A stretch of DNA of 64,000 nt, taken from positions 337 through 64,336 of the forward strand of contig JBDKSM010000035.1 of the NCBI GenBank assembly GCA_039680665.1, read 5' to 3'. Each line of letters starts with the position of its first letter. Positions within the stretch are counted from its first letter, which is position 1. This stretch comes from Syntrophaceae bacterium (GTDB lineage Bacteria; Desulfobacterota; Desulfomonilia; UBA1062). A program made the translations under genes and the position numbers. The notes under the pieces are model-generated. The model saw nothing but the letters and a program-made list of their open reading frames with translations. It did not search any database and was not told the origin of the DNA. Of the stretch, positions 47,366-56,708 are shown piece by piece.

Positions 47366-49279
47366 ATGGAAAGAATCGACCCCTTGAAGCTTGACCGTAT
47401 ATTGAGTGATATCGAGATCCCGACGCTGCCTTCGATCGCCACGGCGATCATGGAACGCACGCTGGATGAAAAGACCAGCGCGAGGCAGCTCGCGGACATG
47501 GTGGAGAAGGATCAGGCCCTGGCCGCCAAGGTCCTCAAGGTGGCCAACTCGCCCTTCTATCGCCGCATCCAGGAGATCTCCACTATCCGTTCCGCCGTGG
47601 TCCTCTTAGGCCTCAACGTACTCAAGAGCATCGTGCTTTCCATATCCGTGATCAACATGTTCAACGACAAGCGCAAAAAGGTGCTCGACCTGTATCTTTT
47701 CTGGCAGCACAGCATCGCCTGCGCCGTCTGTGCCCGGACGATCGCCAACAAGAGCTTCCCGGCCATGGCCGAGGACGCCTTTGCGGCCGGGCTGCTGCAC
47801 GATCTGGGCAAGGTGGTCTTCGATCAGACCATCTGCAACAAGGGCGAGTATCAGGAAGTCCTGGATATCATGGACCGCGGCGGGATGGATATCATCCGGG
47901 CCGAGCAGGATGTGATCGGCATCGACCATGCCGCTCTGGGCAAGCGCCTGATGGAGAAGTGGAACCTGCCGGCCATCTTGAGTCTGGCGGTCGCGCAACA
48001 CCATTACGCCCCGGCGGGACCGCTCAAGGAATCCGAGGGCAAGCGCTTAAGCGCCATCGTTCACGTGGCCGACCTGATCACCAATCATCTGGGCTTAGGG
48101 ATTTACAAGATGGCCACCGGATTCATCGAGCCCTCGATCCTCAAGCAGCTCGATCTGTCCAGCCAGGATATCCAGGAACTCTCCCTGTCCCTCAAGGACA
48201 ACATATCGGCCATCAGCGAGGAACTGGGCATCCCCAAGGCTGAGCCCAAGACCTATTTCGAGGTGTTGCAGTCGGCCAATGCCCAGCTGGGGAAATTGAG
48301 CCTCGATCTGGAGCAGAAGAAGATGGCCCTGGAACGCCGCGCCGTGGAGCTCTCGGGCCTGAATCAGATGAGCACCCAGCTGCAGTCGGCGATCAAGCTG
48401 GCCGAAATCGCCTCGGTCGTGACGACCAACGCCCTGACCATCATGGGATCCAAGAAAGTCCGCTGCATGATCCGGCTCAACAATCTGCGCATCATGGTCA
48501 CGGACTCTTTCCTGATCGGCAATGATATCCAGACCCGCTCAGGCGTGGCCGGCGCCACCAAAGAGCTGCTCGACCGTACCCGCGGCGTTATCCCCAAGGG
48601 CGGCGGCATCATGTATGCGCCCATCAAGGTCGAAGACCAGCCCATCGGCATCATAGAATCGACTCCCTTGGAGGAGCAGCATGAGGACATCACCCAGAAG
48701 ACCATCCTGCTGAGGACCATCGCGGATGTCGGGGCCCAGGCCATTCAACGGGCCACGCTGTATACCAAGAACATCAAGTCGGAACGCCTGGCGGCCATAT
48801 CCAAGACCGCCATCGCCGCCAACCACGAGATCAACAGCCCCTTGACCACCATCCTCGTCAAGCTTGATACGCTGCTGCGCAACACCGCCTTAAAGCCCGA
48901 GATCCAGGGCGCCTTAAAGGAAATCAAAGATGAGACCAACAAGGTGCGCGTCGTGGTGAAGAAGATGCTGGAGATCTCGGATGTGGTGGAGACCGATTAC
49001 GTCAAGACGGAAGCCAAAACCGAAAAAATGCTCGACCTGAACAAGGCGGCTCAGAAACCGATTCAGACCCCCAAGCCCGCCACGCAAGCGCAGCCACAGA
49101 CTGCCGAGACCCCGCCTGCGGAAGATGTTCCGGGCTTTGAAGACTACCTGGACAGCGGCAAGGAAGCCCCTTTGATTAATCCGCAGCAGGCGGGGGCAAA
49201 GCCCGCTGAATCAGCCACGCCGGATTCGCCCACCCCCGTCGACGACAAGCCGGGGTTCGAGGAGTATATCGACGAATAA
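47366..49279 (+). CDS. HDOD-domain signalling protein with coiled coil, GAF-like region, kinase-less HisKA/DHp-like domain (conserved His in AANHEINSPLTT) and an acidic repetitive C-terminal tail
   Basis: HDOD N-terminus (…LPSIATAIMERTLDEK…, …VANSPFYRRIQEISTI…); no HATPase_c; two C-terminal PGFE[DE]Y[LI]D repeats. Confidence 0.7.
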   Translation: MERIDPLKLDRILSDIEIPTLPSIATAIMERTLDEKTSARQLADMVEKDQALAAKVLKVANSPFYRRIQEISTIRSAVVLLGLNVLKSIVLSISVINMFNDKRKKVLDLYLFWQHSIACAVCARTIANKSFPAMAEDAFAAGLLHDLGKVVFDQTICNKGEYQEVLDIMDRGGMDIIRAEQDVIGIDHAALGKRLMEKWNLPAILSLAVAQHHYAPAGPLKESEGKRLSAIVHVADLITNHLGLGIYKMATGFIEPSILKQLDLSSQDIQELSLSLKDNISAISEELGIPKAEPKTYFEVLQSANAQLGKLSLDLEQKKMALERRAVELSGLNQMSTQLQSAIKLAEIASVVTTNALTIMGSKKVRCMIRLNNLRIMVTDSFLIGNDIQTRSGVAGATKELLDRTRGVIPKGGGIMYAPIKVEDQPIGIIESTPLEEQHEDITQKTILLRTIADVGAQAIQRATLYTKNIKSERLAAISKTAIAANHEINSPLTTILVKLDTLLRNTALKPEIQGALKEIKDETNKVRVVVKKMLEISDVVETDYVKTEAKTEKMLDLNKAAQKPIQTPKPATQAQPQTAETPPAEDVPGFEDYLDSGKEAPLINPQQAGAKPAESATPDSPTPVDDKPGFEEYIDE

Positions 49280-49336
49280 TCACCATCCGCGCAGACCAAC
49301 CCCGCTAGGAGCATTCTTTTTGAAGCGTTCGGCTCA

Positions 49337-50137
49337 CTATTGCCTGATCAGGCGCAGGCGCGGAAAATCCTGAGGTCTAAGCGGGTAGGATGCGCGCACC
49401 GGATTGATATCGATCCCCCCCCGGCGGGTGTAGAAACAGCCGACCAGGAGCTCTTGCGGGGAGCAGCGCACGGAGATGTCGGTGAAGATCCGCTCGCAGC
49501 ATTCTTCATGGAAGCCCTGATGTTCACGGAAAGAGCAGATGTAGCTCAGCAGGCCGGCAGCGTTGATGCGCCCTCCCCGGTAGCGGATCACGACGCTGCC
49601 CCAATCGGGCTGGCCGGTAATGGGACACAGTGAACGCAGGAGCCCGGTGTTCAGCGTCTCCTCGATGTTCTCGGTGGTGGTGGTGAGAAAGTCCGGATCC
49701 GGAGCCTCCCGGATGTCCACCTCGTCCAGCGCATCGAGCGATAGCCCGGGCGCCTGGGTCTGCCATGCCAGGGCCGGAAAATCGGCCGCATGGAAGATGG
49801 TTACGGTAAGCCATGGGGTATTAAGGATCGCATTCAGGTCGTGGCGGATGGTCTGTTCGACTTGGGCGGCGGAGGCGAAGCGTACATAGGCCAGACCGTT
49901 CAGGTAGAGCTTGAGGGATTTGGACTCGACCAGGCAGGCGCTCTCGCACGGATAGACCAGCTCGAGGATGGCGGCTTGGGGACACCCTCGAGGACCCAGC
50001 CAGGAGAGCTCATAGCCGCGCCAGAGGTCGAAACCGTGCATGGGCACCCGGCGGACCGGCCGGGGAATGGGCGTCAGGATGGACGGGTCGTGTCCGCGGG
50101 GCGAGGCCACCGTCTTGCCGAGCAGGGTATCGTTCAT
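49337..50137 (-). CDS. queF: NADPH-dependent 7-cyano-7-deazaguanine reductase (bimodular QueF type)
   Basis: QueF motif ESKSLKLYL and catalytic-Cys region CPITGQPDWG. Trimmed to MNDTLLGK (ATG 50135-50137), overlapping the queC stop. Confidence 0.85.
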   Translation of the reverse strand: MNDTLLGKTVASPRGHDPSILTPIPRPVRRVPMHGFDLWRGYELSWLGPRGCPQAAILELVYPCESACLVESKSLKLYLNGLAYVRFASAAQVEQTIRHDLNAILNTPWLTVTIFHAADFPALAWQTQAPGLSLDALDEVDIREAPDPDFLTTTTENIEETLNTGLLRSLCPITGQPDWGSVVIRYRGGRINAAGLLSYICSFREHQGFHEECCERIFTDISVRCSPQELLVGCFYTRRGGIDINPVRASYPLRPQDFPRLRLIRQ

Positions 50138-50796
50138 GCCAGGTACCTCGTGGGGTCGAGTCCCTGCTCGAAACCGAGGGCGGCCTTGCGTTCGATGCAG
50201 GTGGCACAAACCCCGCAGTGCATCTCTCCGCCCTTGTAGCACGACCAGGTCCGCGCGAAATCAAAGCCCAGGGAACGGCCCAGCTTTGCAAGGGCCTCTT
50301 TGGTGAGATCGACAAAGGGCGCCTTGACCCTGACCCCGGCATAGGTTCCCAGCATGGCGGCCTGGTCCATGGCATCCATAAAGCTCCGGCGGCAATCGGG
50401 GTACACCGGATGGTCGCCGGCATGGGCGGCGATAAGCACGGTGCCGATCTTGAGGTCTTCGGCATAGCCGACGGCGATGCTGAGCATGATCCCGTTGCGG
50501 AAGGGGACCACGGTCGAGAGCATATTGGCCTGCGCATACGAACCTTCGGGAACGGCCTCGCCTGATTTGAGCAGACTGGAAGAAAACAGTTCATCCATAA
50601 AGGGCAGGTCCACCTTGATAAAGCGGGCCTGGTAGGCATGGGCAAGATCTTCCGCCATGGCGAGCTCTTTGGCCGCATGCTTGGAGCCGTAATCGAAGCT
50701 CAAGGCATGGACCTTGCGGTAGCGCTGGCTGGCCCATGCCAGGAGCACGCCGGAATCCATGCCGCCCGAAAGCAGAATCACCGCTTCGCCTGACAC
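50134..50796 (-). CDS. queC: 7-cyano-7-deazaguanine synthase
   Basis: PP-loop SGGMDS; C-terminal Zn-binding CGVCATC. Confidence 0.9.
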   Translation of the reverse strand: MSGEAVILLSGGMDSGVLLAWASQRYRKVHALSFDYGSKHAAKELAMAEDLAHAYQARFIKVDLPFMDELFSSSLLKSGEAVPEGSYAQANMLSTVVPFRNGIMLSIAVGYAEDLKIGTVLIAAHAGDHPVYPDCRRSFMDAMDQAAMLGTYAGVRVKAPFVDLTKEALAKLGRSLGFDFARTWSCYKGGEMHCGVCATCIERKAALGFEQGLDPTRYLA

Positions 50797-51132
50797 CTAA
50801 GGTTTGTCCCCCTTCGTCCCTTTCAGGAGCAGCGCCCCCCCGCCCATATGCTTCCAGAAATTGTCCTCCACGTTGAACACGACCTCGCAGTCGCACTTGC
50901 CCTTTAATTCGCTGAAAACCTTGAGCGTGACTTCCACATTGATCTCAGGGAATTGCGCCAGTATTTTTCTGGTCAAGGGCCGCAGGTGATGATGGCTGCA
51001 ATTCCACTTGGCCTTGAAGCCCTCGAAATGCAGATCGATGCCTTGCGGTCCCTTGAGCGCGCGCAAAAACGTATGCCACCGAAGGTTCTCCGGGGTCATG
51101 ATGCGTTCATCGAAGGCGATGTTGGGGTCCAT
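50797..51132 (-). CDS. Unassigned small protein (112 aa) embedded in the que operon at the position normally held by queD
   Basis: Start MDPNIAFDERIM 1 nt after the queE stop, stop abutting the queC start. Lacks the CxxxHGH and N-terminal His pattern of PTPS/QueD. Confidence 0.5.
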   Translation of the reverse strand: MDPNIAFDERIMTPENLRWHTFLRALKGPQGIDLHFEGFKAKWNCSHHHLRPLTRKILAQFPEINVEVTLKVFSELKGKCDCEVVFNVEDNFWKHMGGGALLLKGTKGDKP

Positions 51133-51133
51133 A

Positions 51134-51760
51134 CTAAACACCGCGCCTTGCGTCAAAGGTGAGGATATGGAGCCGCGGGGTCATGGTAAGCCCCTGTTGC
51201 CTGCAGAAGGCAAAGGTCTGCGCCATCATGCCCAGCTGCTCGCGTCTGGTCGAACCCTCAGGCATGATGTAGACCTTTTCGGCCGCTAGGTGATTGTCCC
51301 TGATGAATCGCATGATCACCTGTTCCGAAGTCTGGCCATGATAGATGAACTTGAAATAATCCGCCCGCGAAAGAGAGACGGGCTCGATCCGCCAGGCATG
51401 GTCGATATACTTCGGTGAACAGACGACCGTGGCGCCTTCGATGCGGGGGATGCCCGCCTTACCGCTGGTTTCATACTGGATGGCATAACCGCGCTCGATG
51501 AGCCTTTCATGCAGCGCCGCAAGCTCCTCCCATTGGAGCAGCGGCTCGCCGCCGGTGATCACTATGTTGCGGCAGGCATACCGCTCAAGCACTGTCAGAA
51601 TTGCCTCCTGGTCCATCTCCCGGGCTTCATCCCAGGCATAGCGGGTATCGCACCAGGGACAGTACGGCGCAAGGCATCCGCCCAGCCTCAAGAATACGGC
51701 CGGTTTACCGAGCCAGACCCCTTCCCCCTGGAGCGAATAAAAGATCTCGGTCACCTTCAT
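51134..51760 (-). CDS. queE: 7-carboxy-7-deazaguanine synthase (radical SAM)
   Basis: MKVTEIFYSLQGEGVWLGKPAVFLRLGGCLAPYCPWCDT (QueE-type cluster-binding region). Confidence 0.85.
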   Translation of the reverse strand: MKVTEIFYSLQGEGVWLGKPAVFLRLGGCLAPYCPWCDTRYAWDEAREMDQEAILTVLERYACRNIVITGGEPLLQWEELAALHERLIERGYAIQYETSGKAGIPRIEGATVVCSPKYIDHAWRIEPVSLSRADYFKFIYHGQTSEQVIMRFIRDNHLAAEKVYIMPEGSTRREQLGMMAQTFAFCRQQGLTMTPRLHILTFDARRGV

Positions 51761-51983
51761 AGCCTGTCTTTTGTGTATGCCTGTATCGGCCGAGCTTTAC
51801 AAGGCAAATCTCTGTTTCAGGTCTGCAATTCCATAGCGGCGCAAACTCTGCTTGACATGTGCTGGCATATCTTTCAGAATCAGGGACCTGAACCGGGCAT
51901 GCGGGGCGTGGCACGCGCGATGGCGCAAGGAAAAGCTCAGGCAACCACGGTTCGGATACTAACGTTCTTTCGAGGGGGAGGAT

Positions 51984-52658
51984 ATGCAGATCGTCAAGGA
52001 CGCACTCGCACGAGGCGACAAGACCTTAAGCGAATTCGATTCCAAGCAGGTTTTAGCCGAATATGCCATTCCCGTTACCAAGGAATCTGTAGCTCACGAT
52101 CTCGATGCGGCCAAAAATTTTGCCAGAGACATCGGATACCCCGTGGTCTTGAAGGGGCATTCCAGCACCCTGGCCCATAAGACCGAAAAGAACATGGTGG
52201 AACTGAACATCGAGGACGAGGCCGGCTTGACCAAGGCCTACCAGGCCTTGGTCAAACGCGGCGAAGGGCAGCTGGAAGGCATTCTGGTCCAGGAGATGGT
52301 CAAGGGTGAACGGGAACTGGTGGCCGGACTGGTGCGCGATCCCCAGTTCGGGCCGTGCGTCATGTTCGGTCTGGGCGGCATCTTTACCGAGGTCCTCAAG
52401 GACGTCACCTTCCGGGTGGCGCCCTTGGAAAAACGCGATGCGCTCGAGATGATGGATGAGATCAGGGCCAAGAAACTTCTGAATAGCTTCCGGGGCAAAC
52501 CGGCCGTTGACCGCGATATCCTGGCGGACGTGCTCATCAACCTCGGCCGGATCGGCCTGGAGAACCCGGAGATCGCCGAAATCGACATCAACCCGCTCAT
52601 CATCAAGGGAGCAACGCCGGTGGCGGTGGATGCCCTAGTAGTTCTGAAAAAGGCATAG
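51984..52658 (+). CDS. ATP-grasp domain protein of the ADP-forming acetate/acyl--CoA ligase family (beta-subunit-like, stand-alone)
   Basis: ATP-grasp_5-like LAEYAIPVTKE...GYPVVLKGHSSTLAHKTEKNMVELNIEDE. Confidence 0.6.
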   Translation: MQIVKDALARGDKTLSEFDSKQVLAEYAIPVTKESVAHDLDAAKNFARDIGYPVVLKGHSSTLAHKTEKNMVELNIEDEAGLTKAYQALVKRGEGQLEGILVQEMVKGERELVAGLVRDPQFGPCVMFGLGGIFTEVLKDVTFRVAPLEKRDALEMMDEIRAKKLLNSFRGKPAVDRDILADVLINLGRIGLENPEIAEIDINPLIIKGATPVAVDALVVLKKA

Positions 52659-52694
52659 AAGATCGATCCGCGACTGCCTTCCCAGGCCCTGTTC

Positions 52695-53615
52695 ATGGCC
52701 CCCATGGTGGACCTGAGCCATGAACCGTATCGTGAGCTCGTGCGGGGCATGGGCGGGTGTGATCGGTTCTATTCCGAGATGCTCAACTCTCGCATGGTTC
52801 CGAACGAGAACCGCGAGAAATCCCTGTATCTCAAGTTCGCCAAAACCCACGATCTCATCATGCAGCTGGTGGGCAACGACCCGGAGCGGATGCATGCCGC
52901 AGCACGGAGGCTGGATGGATTTGAGCCCTGCGGCATAGATATCAACATGGGCTGCTACCTCAAGAAAGTGACCTGCCACGGCTGGGGGGTCGCGCTGATG
53001 AAGGATATTACCCTGGCCGGAAAAGTGGCCGGCGCGGTGCGAAGCGCGACAGAGCGTCCCGTATCGGCCAAGCTGCGCATCGGGTTTACCCTTGACAAGG
53101 GCTACCTGCTGGACTTCGCGGATATGCTGGTCGAGGCCGGCATGGACTTTCTCGTCCTGCATGCCCGCACGGCCCAGGACGGATTAAGCCGTACGTCGCG
53201 CTGGGAGTATATCGCCCTGCTCAAAGACCATGTGCCCATTCCGGTGGTAGGCAACGGCGATGTCAAGACCCCGCAGGATGCCGTGAAGATGCTTAAGCGG
53301 ACAGGCTGCGACGGCGTCATGGTCGGCCGGCAGGCCTTGGCGCAGCCGTGGATCTTCCGCGACATCAGGGCTCTTCTTCAGGGAAAGGACACACCTCAAA
53401 CCCCGGACATCCAGTCCGTCATGTTGCATCTTGCCAGGCTCATCGAAACATGGTTCGGCCCCGAGACAGCGCTCAAGCGGTTTAAACTCGCCCTGCCGTG
53501 GCTGGCCTCCAACCTCAAATTCGGCCATCATCTCTGCAAGGAAGTGAACCGGGCGCAGAGTTTGGATCTGGCCCGCGAGGCCCTCAGGGCGGCTTTCGAC
53601 GCCGGCATGAGCTGA
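52695..53615 (+). CDS. tRNA-dihydrouridine synthase (Dus family TIM barrel)
   Basis: APMVDLSHEPYRELVR...; the N-terminus is probably a few residues longer via a non-ATG start (in-frame LPSQALF upstream). Confidence 0.8.
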   Translation: MAPMVDLSHEPYRELVRGMGGCDRFYSEMLNSRMVPNENREKSLYLKFAKTHDLIMQLVGNDPERMHAAARRLDGFEPCGIDINMGCYLKKVTCHGWGVALMKDITLAGKVAGAVRSATERPVSAKLRIGFTLDKGYLLDFADMLVEAGMDFLVLHARTAQDGLSRTSRWEYIALLKDHVPIPVVGNGDVKTPQDAVKMLKRTGCDGVMVGRQALAQPWIFRDIRALLQGKDTPQTPDIQSVMLHLARLIETWFGPETALKRFKLALPWLASNLKFGHHLCKEVNRAQSLDLAREALRAAFDAGMS

Positions 53616-53652
53616 GACCCACACCTGACAACTTGACAAGCTCGATTCTAGA

Positions 53653-53667
53653 TAGTAATGATTACTA
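53653..53667. promoter_or_regulatory. Perfect 7-1-7 Fur-family box TAGTAAT-G-ATTACTA at the start of the Fur/PerR-like gene
   Basis: revcomp(TAGTAAT)=ATTACTA; same architecture as Fur/PerR boxes (TGATAAT-N-ATTATCA / TTATAAT-N-ATTATAA). Confidence 0.5.
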
Positions 53668-54116
53668 GTATGAAAAGCGGTTCTCCATTCATGACACTAC
53701 GAATGACACGGCAAAGACTGCTCATTCTGCATGAACTCATGAAATTGAAAACGCATCCCACGGCCTATGAGCTGCATGCGATCGTCAAGCGGTCCATGCC
53801 GCAGATCAGCCTGGGAACGGTCTATCGTAACCTGGAACAGCTCTCAACCAGCGGCCGCATCCAACGGCTGGCCTTTGGGAGCGGCAAACGTCGCTATGAC
53901 GGCAATACCGATGCCCACCCCCACCTGTGCTGCCTGGAATGCGGCCGCGTGGACGATCTGCCTGACGAGCATGAGATCGAGCACGCGCTGGATGCCATGC
54001 TGGGCGAGGTGTGCGGCTATTGCGTCACGGGTATGAGCATCGAGATATACGGCATATGCCCAACCTGCAAGGCGCATGAAATCCAAAAGACAAAAACCAA
54101 GATGATAAGGAGGTAA
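53658..54116 (+). CDS. Fur-family metalloregulator, PerR-like by context (precedes rubrerythrin)
   Basis: HTH region plus HxH and two CxxC (CLECG…CPTCK) motifs. The true start is probably a downstream ATG (53670, 53691 or 53703) because ATG 53658 lies inside the palindrome. Confidence 0.75.
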   Translation: MITSMKSGSPFMTLRMTRQRLLILHELMKLKTHPTAYELHAIVKRSMPQISLGTVYRNLEQLSTSGRIQRLAFGSGKRRYDGNTDAHPHLCCLECGRVDDLPDEHEIEHALDAMLGEVCGYCVTGMSIEIYGICPTCKAHEIQKTKTKMIRR

Positions 54117-54118
54117 CT

Positions 54119-54694
54119 GTGGGAAAACTCAAAGGCACTCGCACGGAAAAGAACCTTATGGCCTCATTCGCCGGAGAATCTCAGGCCAGAATGCGCTACA
54201 CCTACTTCGCCAGCCAGGCGCGTAAGGACGGCTACGTCCAGATCGCCGACATTTTCGCGGAGACCGCCGACCAGGAGAAGGAACACGCCAAGCGCTTCTT
54301 TAAGTTCCTGGAAGGCGGCGAGGTCGAGATAACGGCCGGCTTCCCGGCCGGCGTGATCGGGACCACCCTGGAGAACCTCAAGGCCGCCGCGGCCGGCGAG
54401 CACCACGAATGGAGCAACATGTATCCGGGCTTTGCCAAGACAGCGCGCGAGGAAGGTTTTGAGGCAATCGCCAAGGTCTGGGAGGCCGTCAGCGTAGCCG
54501 AAAAACAGCACGACAAACGCTATAGCGATCTGGCCGCCAACATCGAGGCAGGCAGGGTCTTCAAGCGGGGCGGCAAGGCAGTCTGGCGCTGCCGCAACTG
54601 CGGCTACCTGTACGAAGGTCCGGAAGCGCCTGCGGCCTGCGCGGCCTGCGCCCATCCCCAGGCCTATTTCGAACTCCTGGGCGAAAACTGGTAG
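54119..54694 (+). CDS. rbr: Rubrerythrin (di-iron ferritin-like domain + C-terminal rubredoxin-like CxxC..CxxC)
   Basis: GTG start after RBS AAGGAGG; EKEH/EHHE di-iron ligands; C-terminal CRNCGY...CAACAHP. Confidence 0.9.
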   Translation: MGKLKGTRTEKNLMASFAGESQARMRYTYFASQARKDGYVQIADIFAETADQEKEHAKRFFKFLEGGEVEITAGFPAGVIGTTLENLKAAAAGEHHEWSNMYPGFAKTAREEGFEAIAKVWEAVSVAEKQHDKRYSDLAANIEAGRVFKRGGKAVWRCRNCGYLYEGPEAPAACAACAHPQAYFELLGENW

Positions 54695-54732
54695 GACGGT
54701 TTAGCCTTGGTCACGGCCGCACGGCCGTGCCC

Positions 54733-54779
54733 ATTACCACGCGGCCGGAGCCCTTTTAGATTACCGGGCAAAAGGGGCT
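54733..54779 (+). terminator. Rho-independent terminator after rubrerythrin
   Basis: GCCGGAGCCCTTTT...AAAAGGGGCTCCGGC stem followed by CTTTTCATC. Confidence 0.65.
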
Positions 54780-54936
54780 CCGGCCTTTTCATCACCATCC
54801 GACACGCTGGAATGCTCCTTGCAAAATACATGGGCACGATGAACGCTACCCTGCCCGCAAAAATAGTATCGGCCATGTTTTCTTTATGCCCGTGAAAGAT
54901 CGCGGATAGGGCGTTCAAGGGAAAAGAATTGCCTTT

Positions 54937-55182
54937 ATGGGCAAAACAATTCCTCGTTATGGGGAGGCATCCATGAATATCCGGCTGATGTGTTTGAAAA
55001 ATCCCAGAGCCCTGGGGATCGTTGATGGAACAGGCCATGTCCATATCGAAAGGCTGGAGGAGCATGTGCGAGGCTGCGCGGACTGTAAACCTTTTTTCAA
55101 GCCCGCCATCCTGGATCTCCTGCGCAAGCTGATACGACAGCCGCGACTGGTGCGCCCATCAGCCGGAGCCCGGGCAATCTAA
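54937..55182 (+). CDS. Hypothetical small protein (81 aa)
   Basis: ORF only; weak support. Confidence 0.2.
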   Translation: MGKTIPRYGEASMNIRLMCLKNPRALGIVDGTGHVHIERLEEHVRGCADCKPFFKPAILDLLRKLIRQPRLVRPSAGARAI

Positions 55183-55205
55183 GGTAATAAAATTGTTTCG
55201 CGGTC

Positions 55206-55733
55206 CTATTTCTGTGCGGCGATGAGCCTGTCCAGGTCCTTATCCAGAGATCGGCACATCCAGCAGAGCATGGTACCGTCCCTGCCGACAAGCACCCTGG
55301 TCGGCACGCCGATGATCCCATAGGTCCTGGCAACAGCGCCCTCGGGGTCCACCAGCACGGTATAGGGAATCTTGTATTCCCTTACAAAACCAAATACCTT
55401 GCGGGTGCTCTCATTGACATAGACGGCCACGATATCGAGTTTCCCCTTATAGGTCTTATGGAACTGCTTGAGCTCGGCGATCTCCTTCTTGCAGTACGGA
55501 CACCAGGTCGTGGTGAAGACCAGCAGCACATTGCGGCCCTGATAGGCCTTGAAGTTCACCGTCCGGCCGTAGAGGTCTTTCAACGTGAAGTCCGGAGCCT
55601 GCTCTTTTGCCGCTGCCTTGTATATTCCCGGCATCGTTTCGGCACCGTATCCGCACGGCGACAAATACAGCAACAATCCGAAGAATACCCCCGTGATAAT
55701 TCCCATTCTACGCATGCGCGTGCTCCTTTTCAT
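55206..55733 (-). CDS. TlpA/ResA-like thiol-disulfide oxidoreductase (thioredoxin fold, WCPYC), probably membrane-anchored or lipoprotein
   Basis: LLVFTTTWCPYCKKEIAEL; N-terminal hydrophobic segment with an LSPC lipobox-like sequence. Confidence 0.8.
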   Translation of the reverse strand: MKRSTRMRRMGIITGVFFGLLLYLSPCGYGAETMPGIYKAAAKEQAPDFTLKDLYGRTVNFKAYQGRNVLLVFTTTWCPYCKKEIAELKQFHKTYKGKLDIVAVYVNESTRKVFGFVREYKIPYTVLVDPEGAVARTYGIIGVPTRVLVGRDGTMLCWMCRSLDKDLDRLIAAQK

Positions 55734-56437
55734 ACCGAGAATCGGCCCGCGGTGAAGAGAAAATATTCACCCATCGCGATAAAGACGGCGCCGAAGGCCT
55801 TCTGGACCCAGACCATCCAAGGCCCGGCCTTGGGCAGATTTTTCAATAATCCGGTAAAGGCGCCCAGCACAATCAGCATGGTGCCCATCCCTAAGGCGAA
55901 GACAAAGAGCAGGCTCACGCCTAAGGCAATGTTCTGCTTGGTGGCCACATAACCCAAGATAACGCCCAAGACGGGAGCCGTACAAGGCCCCAGGATCAGC
56001 CCCGACACCATGCCCATCAGAAAGCCGCCCACATACCCGCCCCCTTTGGCGGAAGGCTGGAGCCGGTTCAGGTATGGCAGGGTCGGGATATCGAACACGC
56101 CCAGCATGGAAAGCCCGAGCACGATGCAGATATTGGCGATAACGAACGCGGTCCAAGGACTCGACTGGATCGCGCCGAAGAAACTGCCGGTCAAGGCGGC
56201 CAGCCCCCCCAGCACGGTATAGGTGGCGGCCGTACCGAGCACATAGACCAGCGACAAGGTAAAACCATGCCCACGCGAGCTACCCTTCCCGCCGATATAG
56301 GCCACGGTGATGGGGATGACGGGGTAGATGCAGGGGGTGAAGCTCACCATGAGCCCGCCGACATATACCGCCACGTAGGCCAGCAGGGGCGCATGGTACA
56401 CATAGGTTTCGATATTGCCCAGTAGGGTTTCCAGCAT
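55730..56437 (-). CDS. ccdA: Cytochrome c-type biogenesis thiol-disulfide transporter CcdA (DsbD beta-domain-like)
   Basis: MVSFTPCIYPVIPI... plus the second conserved Cys in GPCTAPVLG; 4-nt overlap with the tlpA-like gene. Confidence 0.8.
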   Translation of the reverse strand: MLETLLGNIETYVYHAPLLAYVAVYVGGLMVSFTPCIYPVIPITVAYIGGKGSSRGHGFTLSLVYVLGTAATYTVLGGLAALTGSFFGAIQSSPWTAFVIANICIVLGLSMLGVFDIPTLPYLNRLQPSAKGGGYVGGFLMGMVSGLILGPCTAPVLGVILGYVATKQNIALGVSLLFVFALGMGTMLIVLGAFTGLLKNLPKAGPWMVWVQKAFGAVFIAMGEYFLFTAGRFSV

Positions 56438-56708
56438 GCCAGTTTCTTACGTTTCCTCTCCAGGATCTTATGAAGCCACCTTGTCCGTTAGCCGGACCGC
56501 TTCCCTTAAAGCCTCCGCCATGAACTTCGTATCGGAGATCTCAACCTTTCCGATAGAATCCTATGTACCACAGCCCTCATTCCTTCTCAACTCTGAGGCG
56601 CGCCCTTGTTACTTTCACTTGAATTTTTTTAACCTTTATGATTTTATACCTGATTCCCGGGCTTGCATAAGGCCAGAAATCATGGGATGAAAGGGGAAGA
56701 GACGCGAT

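Noticed and set aside
50797-51132. Calling the que-operon ORF QueD
   Set aside because: No CxxxHGH or paired N-terminal His Zn ligands; kept as unassigned.
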